64,000 bases of DNA from Adineta vaga (GCA_021613535.1 CP075492.1:806001-870000), one strand, 5' to 3'. Positions 39,115-52,470 are shown, numbered from the stretch's first letter. The notes: a model not told the origin generated them from the sequence alone. Program-made: numbers and translations.

Positions 39115-39822
39115 TTTGTCGAAGATGATTGAATTGTTTGTGCATCTAAATGAAAATATCAACAAATATCATTGTATGTTACATATTTCTCTTCATTTTT
39201 TTTCTGTCTGAAGATATAAAACATAAGATAAATAACTCTCATTTCATAAACGTGTATCTTGACGTAATGCATGAGTGTACAATGAGAGGTTGAAGAGTTG
39301 ATAGCTTTGTTGTCTTTTCAAAACGAGAGAAATTTTATCTTTGAAACAAGCATTACTCTCGTTAAAATATAGTAGTAATAGGATCATTCTCACCCTTGCT
39401 CATTTTCACTTATTTTTCGACAGATCTATCCAACAAAAGTTAATTTCAACAGCGTTACTACGGTATTGAAGTATGCGAAATTCTACCTTTCATATTATGT
39501 TGTTGATGTTCTTCCTAGAAAAATTATAAGACAATAGAATATACTATGAAAATATAGACAGTATTATACAAATACGTGCTAAACGGGAATGTTAGTGATT
39601 GACTAAAACCTGAGTTTGTATTGCTTGTTGTTTTTGTAGTAATCTGGATAAACTAACTTTTAGTACAAGTTCAACTAGATGACGTAGACATGATATGACT
39701 TCAAACTGTCGATCAGGTGGAGAAAGAATTTCATCTTTATTTTCATAAACTGAATGTTGTCGTATATCTTTTCCATTATCACATTCAATTGCGAAGAGAG
39801 TACTAGCGCCTGTTGAACCCAA
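39115..39822 (-). pseudogene. Partial diverged duplicate of the ART gene 3' half (parent ~24930-25772)
   Basis: Co-linear similarity including intron sequence; GSTGASTLFAIECDNGKDIRQHSVYENKDEIL. Confidence 0.85.
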
Positions 39823-39837
39823 GAAAAATTCATCTAC

Positions 39838-41416
39838 TATATTGATTTTTAATGCATCAGCAATAAGTTTTATTCCATCACCTGCAATTCCATTCTGGCC
39901 AATATTCAGTCTAGTAAATGTCTATATTAATCTGTCAATGTATTTACAATGGAAAAAAAACCGAAAATTACCTTGTTGTGTTGTAAGGCCTCGGTGATAT
40001 ATTTCACGTCCTTTTGCCCTATAAAATTATCTTGAAGATTTAGTTCCGTAATTGTCTAAGTACAAAGAAGAATATCCGTTATATGTAAAGGTGTAACAGA
40101 TTGAAAATCACCGTATCATGTCGTAAAGCATCGGCAATATGTGCTACTCTACTGGAATTGATTCCCCACTCTTCGAGATTGAGTACCTGCATTTCTCTAT
40201 AAAAACAGCAAAATATATGTTATGTAACATGAATGAGGATGCTATATTTACACATCAGTTTCATCCTCGCCCACACCCTAAATGCCTTATCTTCAAAAGT
40301 GTCGATGGTTGTGTTGATTAATCGATTCGTAAAGCGAGGTACGCTATTTGAAGGACGTAATTCGCATCTGAATTCGTTCCACTTTCCAACAACAATTGCA
40401 GGCATAGTATAAATCCTTATTTTACCGGAGCTTGTCGTAAAATCACAAGTAACAAACCAACATTTTTTCTTCAAGCCAGAATGGCGTTCGAAATAGAAGA
40501 ATAATTGAGTTGAGACTCGTGTGAATATAATCTTCTTTATCATAATAATAACGCCCATTGTGATCCTCGCGTCTTTCACTTAAACAGCTTTCAAAGAAAA
40601 ATTCGAATTTAATTAGTGAGGGTAGAGTATTACGAATAAATACTTCCCAACAGGTACCATTGAAAAGAGTATCAAATTAGTGATTGAAAGAAGTTTTAGA
40701 TTGACAAGACCAGGTGTTTTTGAAAGCAAAAGTTGGATGGTTTTTGTAGAAAGCGAAATGTCGGTTATAGTTAGAGATTTTAATGATGAAGATAATAAGA
40801 AATTTTGATCATTTCTATAAAAATCAGAAGTAAATTTTCTTATTACGAGATCTTCTAAATAAGATAAGTTTTGTATTATAATTTGGTACTGATTGTATGT
40901 GCAGATATCAATAATCAAATATTTTAAACGACAGTTAGTTGGCCATGTTATTTGTTTGTTATTGTGACTAATTGTATTTAAATGAAGTTTTTGTGTATTA
41001 ATTCGCGCAACCGCTGCTGATACAATATCGAATACTTTACTATATTTTTTCTCATCGAAATCAATTGAAAGTGAGAAAATACGCTCTAATTCATCGTCAT
41101 TTTAACCGGAAAGTGTTAATGAACGTAAATGAATCAACTTGCGGATATCGATAAGTGATAAGAAATTCGATAACCAATTATCTCACATAGACTTACGGGA
41201 TAAAATCATTGAAGCAAAGTTTTCGGATGGAATCAAATGAATAATTATCGATAACTTATTTGCTGATGAATGATTATAATCAAGTTCATATCGATTATAA
41301 GAAATAGCAGCTGAGTATAACTGTTTGCAAGTAACACGAGCAGAAAGAATCGTTGCTGTATCACAATAATCGTAAATTCGATGAATAACTTCCAATGGAA
41401 GATTATTTAAAGACAT
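39838..41416 (-). pseudogene. F-box plus ribonuclease-inhibitor-type LRR gene, frameshifted and 3'-truncated
   Basis: MSLNNLPLEVIHRIYDYCD F-box. Two 84-nt phase-0 LRR exons: 40055-39972 (TITELNLQDNFIGQKDVKYITEALQHNK) and 39921-39838 (TFTRLNIGQNGIAGDGIKLIADALKINI). Confidence 0.8.
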
Positions 41417-41841
41417 AATTATGATCAATAACAATTGATCAGTTGTTTTTCTATTCTAAAACAAAAACTCACAATTTTAATTATTGTGATTTGTTTTAAA
41501 GTAGGGAAAAGGGCACATTTTTAAGCGTTTTTACCCGTAATTCTTCTCAATTTGTCTGTCTGGGTAGGAGAGAAATACATGAAGAGATGGAATTAATTAA
41601 AAATTAAATAAGAAATATGATTGATGTATTATCGGCGCATTTCAAATTGAACCAATTCTTTTAGATGATTTGAAACATGATGGCCAATCACGTTGCTTAA
41701 TTCTCACCTTTTATCTTAATTCATTGTTTAGATGTGTTTGACCTCTCACCTTTCTTTCAAAACAATACGCCGATTTCTTTTTCTTTTTATAGAAGCGATC
41801 ATTTTATATGGAAAAAAGGATGCATATATATAAAGAAGAAT

Positions 41842-43584
41842 ATGTTCAGTGAGTTTGATCAGAATAATATGATGATGAATTATTTCAACATACTCGATTT
41901 ACCTGATGAGATTTTACTGATAGTTTTCAACAAACTTGATGCCGTCGATGTCTTTTATTCAGTAAAAAATGTCAATCGAAGATTTTATGAATTGTCATTC
42001 AATTGTTATCATGTTCAAGATATGCAAATGACTACTATGATGGGTATTGATACATGTTATAAGCAAATTCCTTCAATAGACACTAAACTTACAAGAATTT
42101 GTAGGAATATTTTACCTAAAATTCATGATAAAATACAGAAACTTACAGTTGATCAAACTTCAATGGTTCCAGTTCTTCATGCTACTAATTATCCTCAACT
42201 TTATTCATTGACAATTATAGATATTCAAGAAGAACTTCTTTGTAATTATTTATCAAGTATAGTATTTGTTGTTCATTATTAATTTGATAAAAGAAAAAAT
42301 TTCTAATTTTTCTCAAGATGATGTCATTCTTCGCGATCTTCTTATTAAACAAATAACTCATCTTAATATCGATATTAAATGTCAGATATCACTTGTTAAG
42401 ATGACAGTGTTAAAAGTATTCGAATTAATTATATCTTTGTGTAAAAATTTGACGACGTTCAATTTTGGTGATATGTTATTTTCGCGAAAACGTGTTATTC
42501 CTCTTAATATACTACAATCAAGAAGCTACACTTGTTCAACTTTGGTGAAACTAATAATCAACATTGAAAATTTCTTCGATTTAGCTCATATTCTTGATGG
42601 TCGTTTCAATTGTTTATCAACATTAATCGTTAGTGTATCAGATCATTATGGTCCAACAAATATAGATAGAATAGTAAGTAACTTTTCAGTGTACATACTG
42701 AGTAATACGTATAACTTTTTGCTTCTTTATAGAAACAAGTTTCGACATTAAAATATTTTTCCCTCTGTGGAAGTCTTTGTCTACCTATTGGTATTTATGA
42801 TACATTTATTGTTCCATTGCTTTCTGGAATGATAAATCTTGAGAAATTACAATTATGTTTGCGAGTTGTCAGATGGAATTCGACTTATATTGATGGTAAT
42901 CAATTATATGATCAATTTTTATGTTCAATGCCGAAATTGAAAAGATTTACATTTGATATCAGAACAATAGTACAAAATCAAAACGCTAACATTGAACTTG
43001 TATCAAATGAACAGATTCAACGTAGTTTTATAGGAAAGTTTTCTCAACAGGTGTTTTCGTATGTTAATTCAAATTCATCTGAATTTGTCGGTGAATGCCA
43101 TGTTTATTCGGTTCCATATGATTTTGAATATTTCTTTAATGCCGATAATTCTTTTCAAGGTGGAAGATTTGAGAAAGTTCGACAATTGCGTATGACAGAT
43201 TCGATTGGTTTTACATATGAATTATTTCAACGTGTTGCTCAAGATTTTCCTTTTCTCAAATATTTATGTCTAATGAATGCTTGTGCAATGATGAACAAAT
43301 CATCTGGATCAGTATTGCTTACATTCCCATATCTCTCATATCTTGATCTGGATGGAGCACATGATGATTATATTATATTATTTCTGTTGAAAAAACACAC
43401 TTATCTGCCGTGTTTATCATATCTAAGTATCGAGGAAAAACCACTCAAAAAGATAACGAACAACTTCAATATTGATTCGATACATTTCAACTTCAGTAAA
43501 TTGAAAAATCTTTATATTGGTGGATCGTTTGTTCCATCAGAAAACTTTGATGTATACTTCCCTATGTTATTAATGTATGAATAA
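41842..43584 (+). CDS. F-box plus degenerate LRR protein, 3 exons (start Met uncertain)
   Basis: NILDLPDEILLIVFNKL F-box; introns ~42257-42317 and 42674-42732 join the three ORFs in frame; CHVYSVPYDF. Confidence 0.85.
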
Positions 43585-43899
43585 AAAAGGATTGAAAAGT
43601 CAATTTTCTTTGTTTCATAAGTTGAATTTTCGAAAAAAGGATGATTTATTTGATTTGTATGGAAGTATATTACTGATGATAGTTAAAGGAAATGAAACAA
43701 GAAAATTGAATTAATACTGAATGCATGAAAATTTTTATTTCAATTAAATGATTCAACAATGCGCGAACAAGTAATTAATATGTTTAATACGTGAAAATCT
43801 TCGTGAATATCTTATGACGTTAGTTTTAATAGTTTTTTCTATCTTCAAGTGGAAATCGTCAAATATCTATAAGTTTTGCTAAACAAATTCCAAAAACTT

Positions 43900-44310
43900 C
43901 GAAATTAACATCAATTTTATTTGAATTTCAACTTGATAAACTGATGAAAAATATTCGTTACTATGCAAATATTAAATATTTAAGTTATTTTTGTGAAGAA
44001 GATGAAATTTTAATCGGATTAGATTCAATCGTTGATATATCAAAGAAAATTTTTTATGATAAAATCGAACAAATATGGATATGTAAAATAGTTTTATCTT
44101 CTGGAGATAATTATTAACTTAAAGATATAATGAAACGTGATAAACAAAATACTGGAAAGGATTCTATGTCACTTGAATATTTATTATATCAAATAGATGA
44201 TACAATGGAAGCAAAAGAATATTTTAATCAATTATTAATGAATTCTTCATCATTAACATTAATTGAAATTTCAAGTTGTTATCGTGATCTAGTAGCAATT
44301 GCTCGAGTTG
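43900..44310 (+). pseudogene. ART-TPR gene relic
   Basis: ILFEFQLD, YANIKYLSYFCEEDEILIG, TPR-like EAKEYFNQLL...SCYRDL; stops and frameshifts. Confidence 0.6.
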
Positions 44311-46573
44311 AACAGAGCATACGATTAGGTGGGGTATTTTCTTCACCTAATTTTTTTCCGATATATTGGCTTTCTCTTTGAGTTTCAGTTGCTTTCTCGT
44401 TCAAATTGGGAGACTTTCTTTCTTGAACTTTCCCCCATCTTAGCAAAATCAGACGAAAGCTAGGGCAGTTTTAGATATTAAAAATGTAGAGTTTATGGTT
44501 TTTTATATTTCAAATTGAACTTTGGAAAAAGTCGATCCTACAGTAAGGATTAAGAGAATTAGCAAATCAACATGTTTCACGATGAATATGCTAAGAAATG
44601 TTGCATTTCGTATGGATAGTATATCTGAATTAAAACCAATGGATTTCTCCCTTAATCACATGTCCTCTCAACATGCTTTCGATTATTTGGATTTCCTGAT
44701 AACTCAAGGACTTAATGACACTAAGAGACTTACAAAATGACTTTCACATTGGTAAATACTCAGTTTTATTCGCAGGACGACTAATAAGAACTGTTGTAAT
44801 TGTAATAATAATAATAATTATAATTAATGAACAGATACGCATACGAATTGCAAAATATTCTTTGAGAAGACTTTGTTCGTTACTTGACAAATTTTTATAC
44901 ACATTTAGCTTTAAAAAAAGCTTGCCAAGGACGTTTTATCAAGGTGGTTAACATTAAAATTATATATTTGTAAAGGAAAAAAAAATCTAGTTTTTTAAAT
45001 AATAATTATATCGTCAATGATATTCATTAGGAAATGAGAGCATAAAGTATTTTTCTTTGTCAGGTTTTTACTACTAACTTTACTGATTTACTTTTTGTAA
45101 ACAATATTAAAACACGTTTTTCTCTTTGACAACCAAAGAATATCATTGATCTATTTTATTTCTTTTTTCAGTGATAGAAGTGTTGATCAGTTTGATCAAA
45201 TTGCATAGTATCCATTAATAATAAATAGAAAGTGAATATGATTTATTCCATACAAATACAGATAATATTACATGATCTAATCTATCTAGATAGGTGGGTA
45301 TAGATATGAATGATAAGCTTTACTTCATTGCACCCACACTCTTTGTGTCCCCCTACGCTTACATTCGCATCCACACCTGTAATTGTCACACGTGATGTAA
45401 GTACAAATAATTGAAAATCAATTTTTTCTAATCGAATAGAACTTCTCAGACAATTGCAGATATACAAAAACAGTTCATAAAATAATCACTGATAGTTTAT
45501 AGTTTCATATTTTTTTCTTTATATCACTCGATTGGAATCAGTCTTAGTCGATTCAATAATGATGCTTATTTAAATTCCACATTAGCTATTTATTCAACTG
45601 GTATTTTATCATTTGACAACATCATATTCAAGTGTGAAAAATATATTAGAAAAAAAAAGCATTTCATCCGAGGAATTAAACTAATTAACTCCAGTGGTTA
45701 CTATGATTTTTTTCCTCATATCTTATTATTTACATTCAAAAGAAAAATAATTCTAAATCCAGAAGCGCTTGATAATATTTAATTTATGATACTTTTTTAT
45801 TTACTATATATTCTATATAACCACGGTTGCGAGTATGAATAGATATTCTGTTTTTTTATCTATCTACGTTCATTCTTTTTCATGAAATCAGACTTTGCAA
45901 TCACTTAATGCTTTATTTCATGTTCGAAAGAGAAAAAATATCATATTTAACAATATGACGGTACATCTTTTTGCGATATTTTGATTTCCTGATCTATTTC
46001 ACTCAATAAAGTTTATATGCAGTTTTACTTTGAACGCACAATTTTAGATTTAAAGTGTCTTCTGTTTGTATTGAAGAAAGAAAAAACTATTCTAATAACA
46101 GATGAGTACAACGAATGACGCTATTAGTTTTTAATCGTAAACTCATTTTGATTTTTAAATCATGTTTCATTTCAGGTTAAGTATACTTTATCCTTATACA
46201 AGATTATCATCTTTGTATGAAGATAATTAAATTTTCATTAATTGAAGTGACATCATGATGAGTCTTTTTCTTTTAATGAAATTTTTTTATCGCTACATAT
46301 AATTTTAAAAGTATCAAAGTTTATCAAGAAAAAATGAACTCTCTAAGCTCAATATTTATAACTTGGGATAAACGTTTCTTTTAACAAATAAGAAGAGGTA
46401 TGTAGACATAATTGTAATTCATATTTCCCTCATATTTTTTTAAAGAAATCAAATAACAATCCATTTCCAATATATTAGTTTTGTTGGTAAATATTTTTCT
46501 TCTTTTTTATGCATTAGAAATCGAATCTAAATTCTGTCATTAATAATTCGATATTAATACTGAATTATATTAA

Positions 46574-47271
46574 GGCCTCCCCCCCCCTCAAAAATGAATC
46601 TCAGTTCAGACGTGATCAAATGGGCTGAAATTTAGAGCATATGTTGGGGCTGACATGGGGAGAATGTGGTAAAATTTTCAGCTCGATACTACGTCGTTTG
46701 ACGGAGATATGAAGCAAACAAGGATCCAAAAGTTGCTTATTTCGTCTGCAAGATTTCTCTGTTGGCTTTCGTAAAATATATAAATATTTTTTTTTGTTTG
46801 AAAGAGCATCAAAAACTGCAGGTGCTACGAGGCTCCTTTTTTTGAAACTTTCATCTAATAAGCGGAGAACAAAGTTAACAAGTTCATTTACTGAAAAATC
46901 TGTCAAAAAATGGCGCTCGAAAAATTAAAATGCTTTCCGATATAAAATAGGAAACCTATATAAAAAAAGGAGCCTCATAGCACCTACAGTTTTTGACGCT
47001 CTTTCATATAAAAAAAATATCCCACTTCATAAAGTACTGTGGTCCAGTTTTCTTGTAAATACGCTGTCAAACCTACATTTCGAGAAAAACGCAAGACAAG
47101 TTTCAAAAATCGTGGTTTTTGGTAGCAATTCGTATAGACATCATCAAAGAAAAGGTATTAGAGGAAAAATCATATCATACCTAAGAGATCTGATGATGGG
47201 CTATCTTCCCATGCATTTATCTCAGTTTCGAAAAATTTGACGAAAATTGACATTTTTGAGGGGGGGAGGCT
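46574..47271. mobile_element. Non-autonomous Kolobok-like DNA transposon
   Basis: TTAA TSDs (46570-46573, 47272-47275); TIRs GGCCT(C)nTCAAAAATG / CATTTTTGA(G)nAGGCT with RR..YY termini; internal ~44-bp inverted repeat at 46800-46843 and 46962-47005. Confidence 0.75.
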
Positions 47272-47291
47272 TTAAAAGAAAGTTATTACAT

Positions 47292-48036
47292 AATCTATCT
47301 TCTATATATATAAAGAAGAATGTCTGTTTGCTTGTTTGTTTGTTCGCTATGCATTTGAAGACCGTACAAGCAAATGCAATGAAACTTTCCACAAATGTTC
47401 TCTACAACCAGGGGCAGGTCGACGTCTACTTTTTTCTGAAAAAAAAATGAATTCTACACTTCCTGGAAGCAATCTGTGAAACTGACCAATAGGATTGCAG
47501 GGTTTGAAAATATTGTAGCGGGTATGTAGCGAAGGCGGCCGAAGGCCGTCTGAGAGCTCATACACAACATTCCTTATGTTCTACGTATTCTATGACCATC
47601 CTGTGCTTTCCACAGGTATTCCAATATGAACTGGGCAATAGAATTGCAGAATTTTATAAATAAAATTACTTAGAAAAGATCTTACTATGTTTCAAATATG
47701 AATTACTAAAAATAAAAGTTGAAAAGGTTAAAATCAAAGCGGTATGTTACGTTATTGTACACCAAGAATCTTAAAAAATGGAGTAGCTGTTGTTTTCTGA
47801 TACGAAAAGCATGTCAAGTCTCATTATCTTAATAACCACTGGGTACTTCCGCTATAGTATTATATTATCGACATTTACAGCGGATACCTTCGCTATTTAT
47901 ATATATAAAAGAAAGTTTGTTTGCCTGCTCGGTATACATTTGGAGACGGTACAAGCAGATACAATAAAATTTTCCAAAAGTAGTCTCTACACCCACACCC
48001 TCAACTATCTTGATTTGTAGCGGGTACGCCCGCTAG
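47292..48036 (+). mobile_element. Tandem non-autonomous Helitron-like elements
   Basis: Two related heads (TCTATATATATAAAGAAG..GTTTG.. near 47300; TATATATATAAAAGAAAGTTTG near 47898) share GACxGTACAAGCA. GC hairpins GGCGGCCGAAGGCCGTC and GCGGGTACGCCCGC; CTAG end at 48033-48036. Confidence 0.65.
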
Positions 48037-48394
48037 TTATATATAATACAAATATCCTTTGTGGTTATTGCTATTCTCTTCACTAAATTATCTTTCGACT
48101 ACAACAATGGTATGACTTTTTTTCGCATTTATGATCTATAGTAAACCAAATGAATTTTTTTCGATAGAGACAGAAATAAAGAAAAATCGTGGTATGGTTC
48201 TATGAAAGTTAAAAACATAATTTCTTTTCTTTATTTTTTGCTTTTCTGTTGTTTTTCCAAAGGAAAGAAAGATCAACACTTTCCATTAAAAAAAATGAAG
48301 TTCATTGGTCTGTTTTTGAATCTTCATCAATTATATTTCCTAAAGAAATAAACAGTTTAATGAGAAAAAAAGAAATAGTACGAAAAACTAACCT

Positions 48395-49071
48395 TTAATC
48401 ACGTTGAAAACTAGGTTGAACGATAGTTATTTTAGTATTATTATCAGCATAATAATCGACCATGAACATGTCTGGTATTACATGACAGTGCGTCGTATTT
48501 TCATCTGTTAAACTCTAAAGCAAACAAAAGTTTTTATTCGAAATAAAATAAAATAATATTTACTTCAATGACAATAACATTCGGAATAATGGCATCATCG
48601 GTTAAAGATAACTAAAAAAAATTAAACAATAAATCAGTTTTAATTGCTCATTCAAAATCAATACTTACTTTTCTTCTGATAAATGTTTTCACATTTTCAA
48701 CAGTTTCATTTGAAACTCTATTCTCGATGATATTATCAGATGATGCAGACTATAAAACATAAATTGATATACACAAAATGAACTAATTAAGATTTACCGT
48801 ATATTCAACATTAGTAACACCTGATGCAGCTACTGGATTTATGACTACATGTTGTTTTTGATGCATGTAATCTACAATATCTTTTAATATTTTATATTGA
48901 TCAGCAAAATTAGAACCACCATTTGATAATCTTAATTTTTGTTCAATATCATCTTTCATTCGTTGTAATTGATCGATCTGAATAAAAGAAAATTTCTTCA
49001 ATTATTTTTCAAAGAAAAAAAAATCCTACTGTTGTTTTTGTTGATAGGAATTGTTTTAAGAAATCGTCCAT
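48395..49071 (-). CDS. Small 5-exon protein of unknown function
   Basis: MDDFLKQFLSTKTT/IDQLQRMKDD...VEYT/SASSDNII...IRRK/..LTDDAIIPNVIVIE/SLTDENTTHCH...SFQRD*, with canonical short introns. Confidence 0.6.
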
Positions 49072-50059
49072 TGAAAAAAGTGAAAATTAATCTGAAATAG
49101 AAGGATATTTCTACAAAATAAAAAAAGATACAACATAACACGTCGGTCTAATGTATATCGTTGTTAGCTAATCGAAACTTTTCTGGTCATTAGAAAAGAA
49201 TGTTTTCTGTGTAGAATGGCCAGGAAAATGAGAGAGAGAGAAAGAGACTAGTAAAACAAGAAGATATTATTCGACAAATGAAGTCGTCATCTAACGAAAT
49301 ACACTAATGGTTTCTTTTTTTTTCTTTCCTTCACGTGACGTCCATACGATTATCTGTAAATATGCATGGTCAACGTTTTCTTCTTCAAACCATTCTCTTG
49401 TATGTAAACTGTAATATTTCTTTTTCTTTTTCTCTCTCTTTTCCTTGTCTCGATTTATTGTATGCGTAAATGAAGATTATATGTTAACAAATCGTCTTTT
49501 AAACGAAATTTAACTAAGAATTTTCTCTTCAAATAATCAGTTGATTACTTACACAAATAATTTGTCTATGGCAAAAACATCTATAATATTTGCTTTGCCG
49601 AGATTTCATTTATTGAAAAAAAGTATTTATATTCGTCAAAAATGTCTAAAAATGAATCAAATGTTTCTAAATGATTGAATAGAAGCAAGTGAAAAATACG
49701 TGTATATAGATTTATTTTTGATACTGCAATATATGAAGAATAAAATCTAATAATTCATGTATTTTTGTATTTAGTTAGATCTCATATTTATCAGTGTCAT
49801 TATTATACATACACAACTATCTCTTATTGCTAATGAATATTTTCTGTACTTATAAGTAATCGATAGTCAAAATAATAGCCACCTTTCCTGAACAGTTTGA
49901 TTATGCTTACTACACAATTTTTAATACAGTTCTGTTAATTGATGATAATGAACTATATTCAAATTCAGAAGTCAATAAGAGAATGGTAATACGCAAAGTT
50001 TTAGAAATTGACTGGGTACAAACAACTACAATGCCGATTGATGTTTACTATATTGTAAA

Positions 50060-51006
50060 GTTTACAAATTTTATTGCTAATAAAACCACGATATGCAAGT
50101 GCAATAAAATGTGAAAGACTAAATTCTAAATATGTCTCTATTTCGAATCTTTCAGCTTGCTGAATTGCTTCTATTCATGAAGATACTGATCTCAAAGATG
50201 ATTCATTTCCTGAAATGATTGCACGTGCATTTTCAATTGTATTTGTATGAGCTAATGAGATGTTCGAATCAAATGCTGATGTCAATAATTGAGTAATTTC
50301 GTTAAAGACTAGTGTTGATGGAACATTTAGACTTGTAACCAAACAACCATTATTATTTAAAACACGATGTATATTAAGAAAAAATTGTTTACTATTAATA
50401 TGAAACGGTATTGCATCTTCTACGAATGCATCAATAAATATCATATCATATCGATGAGTTGTTTCATTCACATTTAAACAATTATTTTTAATTGCTTCTT
50501 CTAGTCCGAAAAATTTTTCAGCTAAATCAACCACTGTTTGATTGATTTCAACAACATCAATTATTATTGTTGGAAAACAATATCGAATAATTAATGGTCA
50601 TATTCCGTCACCAAGACCAACAATAAGAATTCGTTTAGGTTTCGCAACACATGAAAAAACCTGTAAAAAATAATCTGATGTAAATATCGTTTGGTCGATA
50701 TGGTTATTGTAACATAAGACCGGATTGCTAACTCATCCAACCATTATCTCCAAAATAAAGAATAAGATTCTCATCATCAGTTCGTGCAACAATAACATCA
50801 TATCTATCGATTGATGAGGGTTGTTTACCAAGAATCAATCGTGGTGGTTCAATTCCATAATGAACAATTCGACGTTTTGTTGGTGAACCAAACCAATCAG
50901 TATGTAGTTTAAATTGATCATCAAGTAAAGCAAGTGAACAAGGATATAAATAATTATAACCATGAAATTCAACACCTGGTAAAATAAATGACATTTCTTT
51001 TATCAT
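50060..51006 (-). pseudogene. Spermidine-synthase-like class I SAM methyltransferase pseudogene
   Basis: PKRILIVGLGDGI*P (decayed GLGGG motif), IDVVEIN, YDMIFIDAF, LNNNGCLVTSL; stops near 50598 and 50175. Confidence 0.7.
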
Positions 51007-52196
51007 ACAATAAGAACTGATTTTAACAGGACAAAGTTTTAATTGACGATGTTCAAATGTATGACACTATTTTTAAAGAAAGAAAGAAAGAAAGAAGTAT
51101 ACAGATGATCAGAAAAGAAAATCTTTATACCTGTATCTGACATGTTGATGATAAATGTACATGATTACCGATTGTAATGAGGGTGAGGGTGGTGTGGATG
51201 TGGATGTACTTGTGCATCTCGTGGATGAAGAGTGAGTTAATTAGAATGTGAGAGTTGGTGAAGTTTTGGGAGTGAGGAAGCGAATGTGGACACTCTTTGC
51301 GCGCTTATACGCCAAACTGAGACCGAAATGTACACCCACCCTCATCCTCACCCAGAGCCATACAGCTCTATCCAAACACATTACTTGTGCTTGAGAACAT
51401 GCAGATTTTGTAATTCTGTGGGTAGTTGTGGGAGACAATTTGCGATGTTTGTAGAACTATAAGAGAGATTTTGGATGGTTGTGTTGAAGGGGACTATTTT
51501 TTTACCTTTGTGGACGGTCTGTTTTATCTAAGACTCATTAAAAGTGGCTGGTGATGAACATAACGCATCGAGTTATGGGTGGTTGTAGGAGTCACTTTTA
51601 TTGTATCTCAAAAAGTTGGGTGATTGTGGTGATTGCATAGATTACAGGTACCCGTTGAAAAATGTCAAACACGATGAAACTGTCGCAATTTGAATAATAG
51701 TGATTTTTGGTGAACGTCTTTCTATCATATTTTCAACAGAGAAATGTGGAAAAAATTATATATCAATATCATTTGAGATGAATAATTTAATTTCAATTTG
51801 TGGGGCTTCAATTTGTGTAAAATCTGTTGTGTTATATTTGATTTGCGTTAGCAGATGATCAAGTTAGTATATTTAACAGTTTGAAGGAGCATTTGTAACT
51901 ATTTGTTTGAATATTACAGAGGAAGAAAACTATGATTAAAGGTTTACAGTTGCCGTTCTGGAAAGGGCATGCGTGTGTTGATAACGTGTATACGGTGAAA
52001 ATGAATTTGTCAGTGACGTGTCAGAGCGGTCACTGAGTCTGTCGGTCGCGGCTGTGATGAGATCTTTGAATGTGTTGATGGCGTCTGTTAGGAAAAATTG
52101 TCCCCTATCGGTAACGTCTATGATAAACCATTGATTCTGTCGGAAACGTCTATGAGGTTCATTCATCCTGTCGGTCAGGTCTGTGGCGTGGGCAAT

Positions 52197-52470
52197 TTAA
52201 CCCTTTGAGTCCCAGTAGGACATATATGTCCCACCAAGCAAAAATTTCGTATTTGCAAAAAATTTCAGATATATTTGTGGTTTTTAAGATATAGAAGGAA
52301 CATTTTCAAGAAATGCTCGTAGTTAAGAGATATTCGAGAGAGACTGTACAGATATCCGCATGAATAGACAATATCGGAAAATGTACTGCCCCATGTGTAT
52401 TAGATTCGGAAAAGTTTCTTCAAAAATCTGAATTTTTGAAAAGTTCGTGTCTTGATTCGTTGTGAGATGA
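52197..52470. mobile_element. piggyBac-type left-end fragment next to the duplication breakpoint
   Basis: TTAA|CCCTTTGAGTCCCAGTAGGACATATATGTCCC; no matching right end seen. Confidence 0.4.

Noticed and set aside
44317-44951. Possible TE insertion truncating the ART-TPR relic
   Set aside because: Composition shifts at ~44317, but I found no matching TIR pair or TSD.
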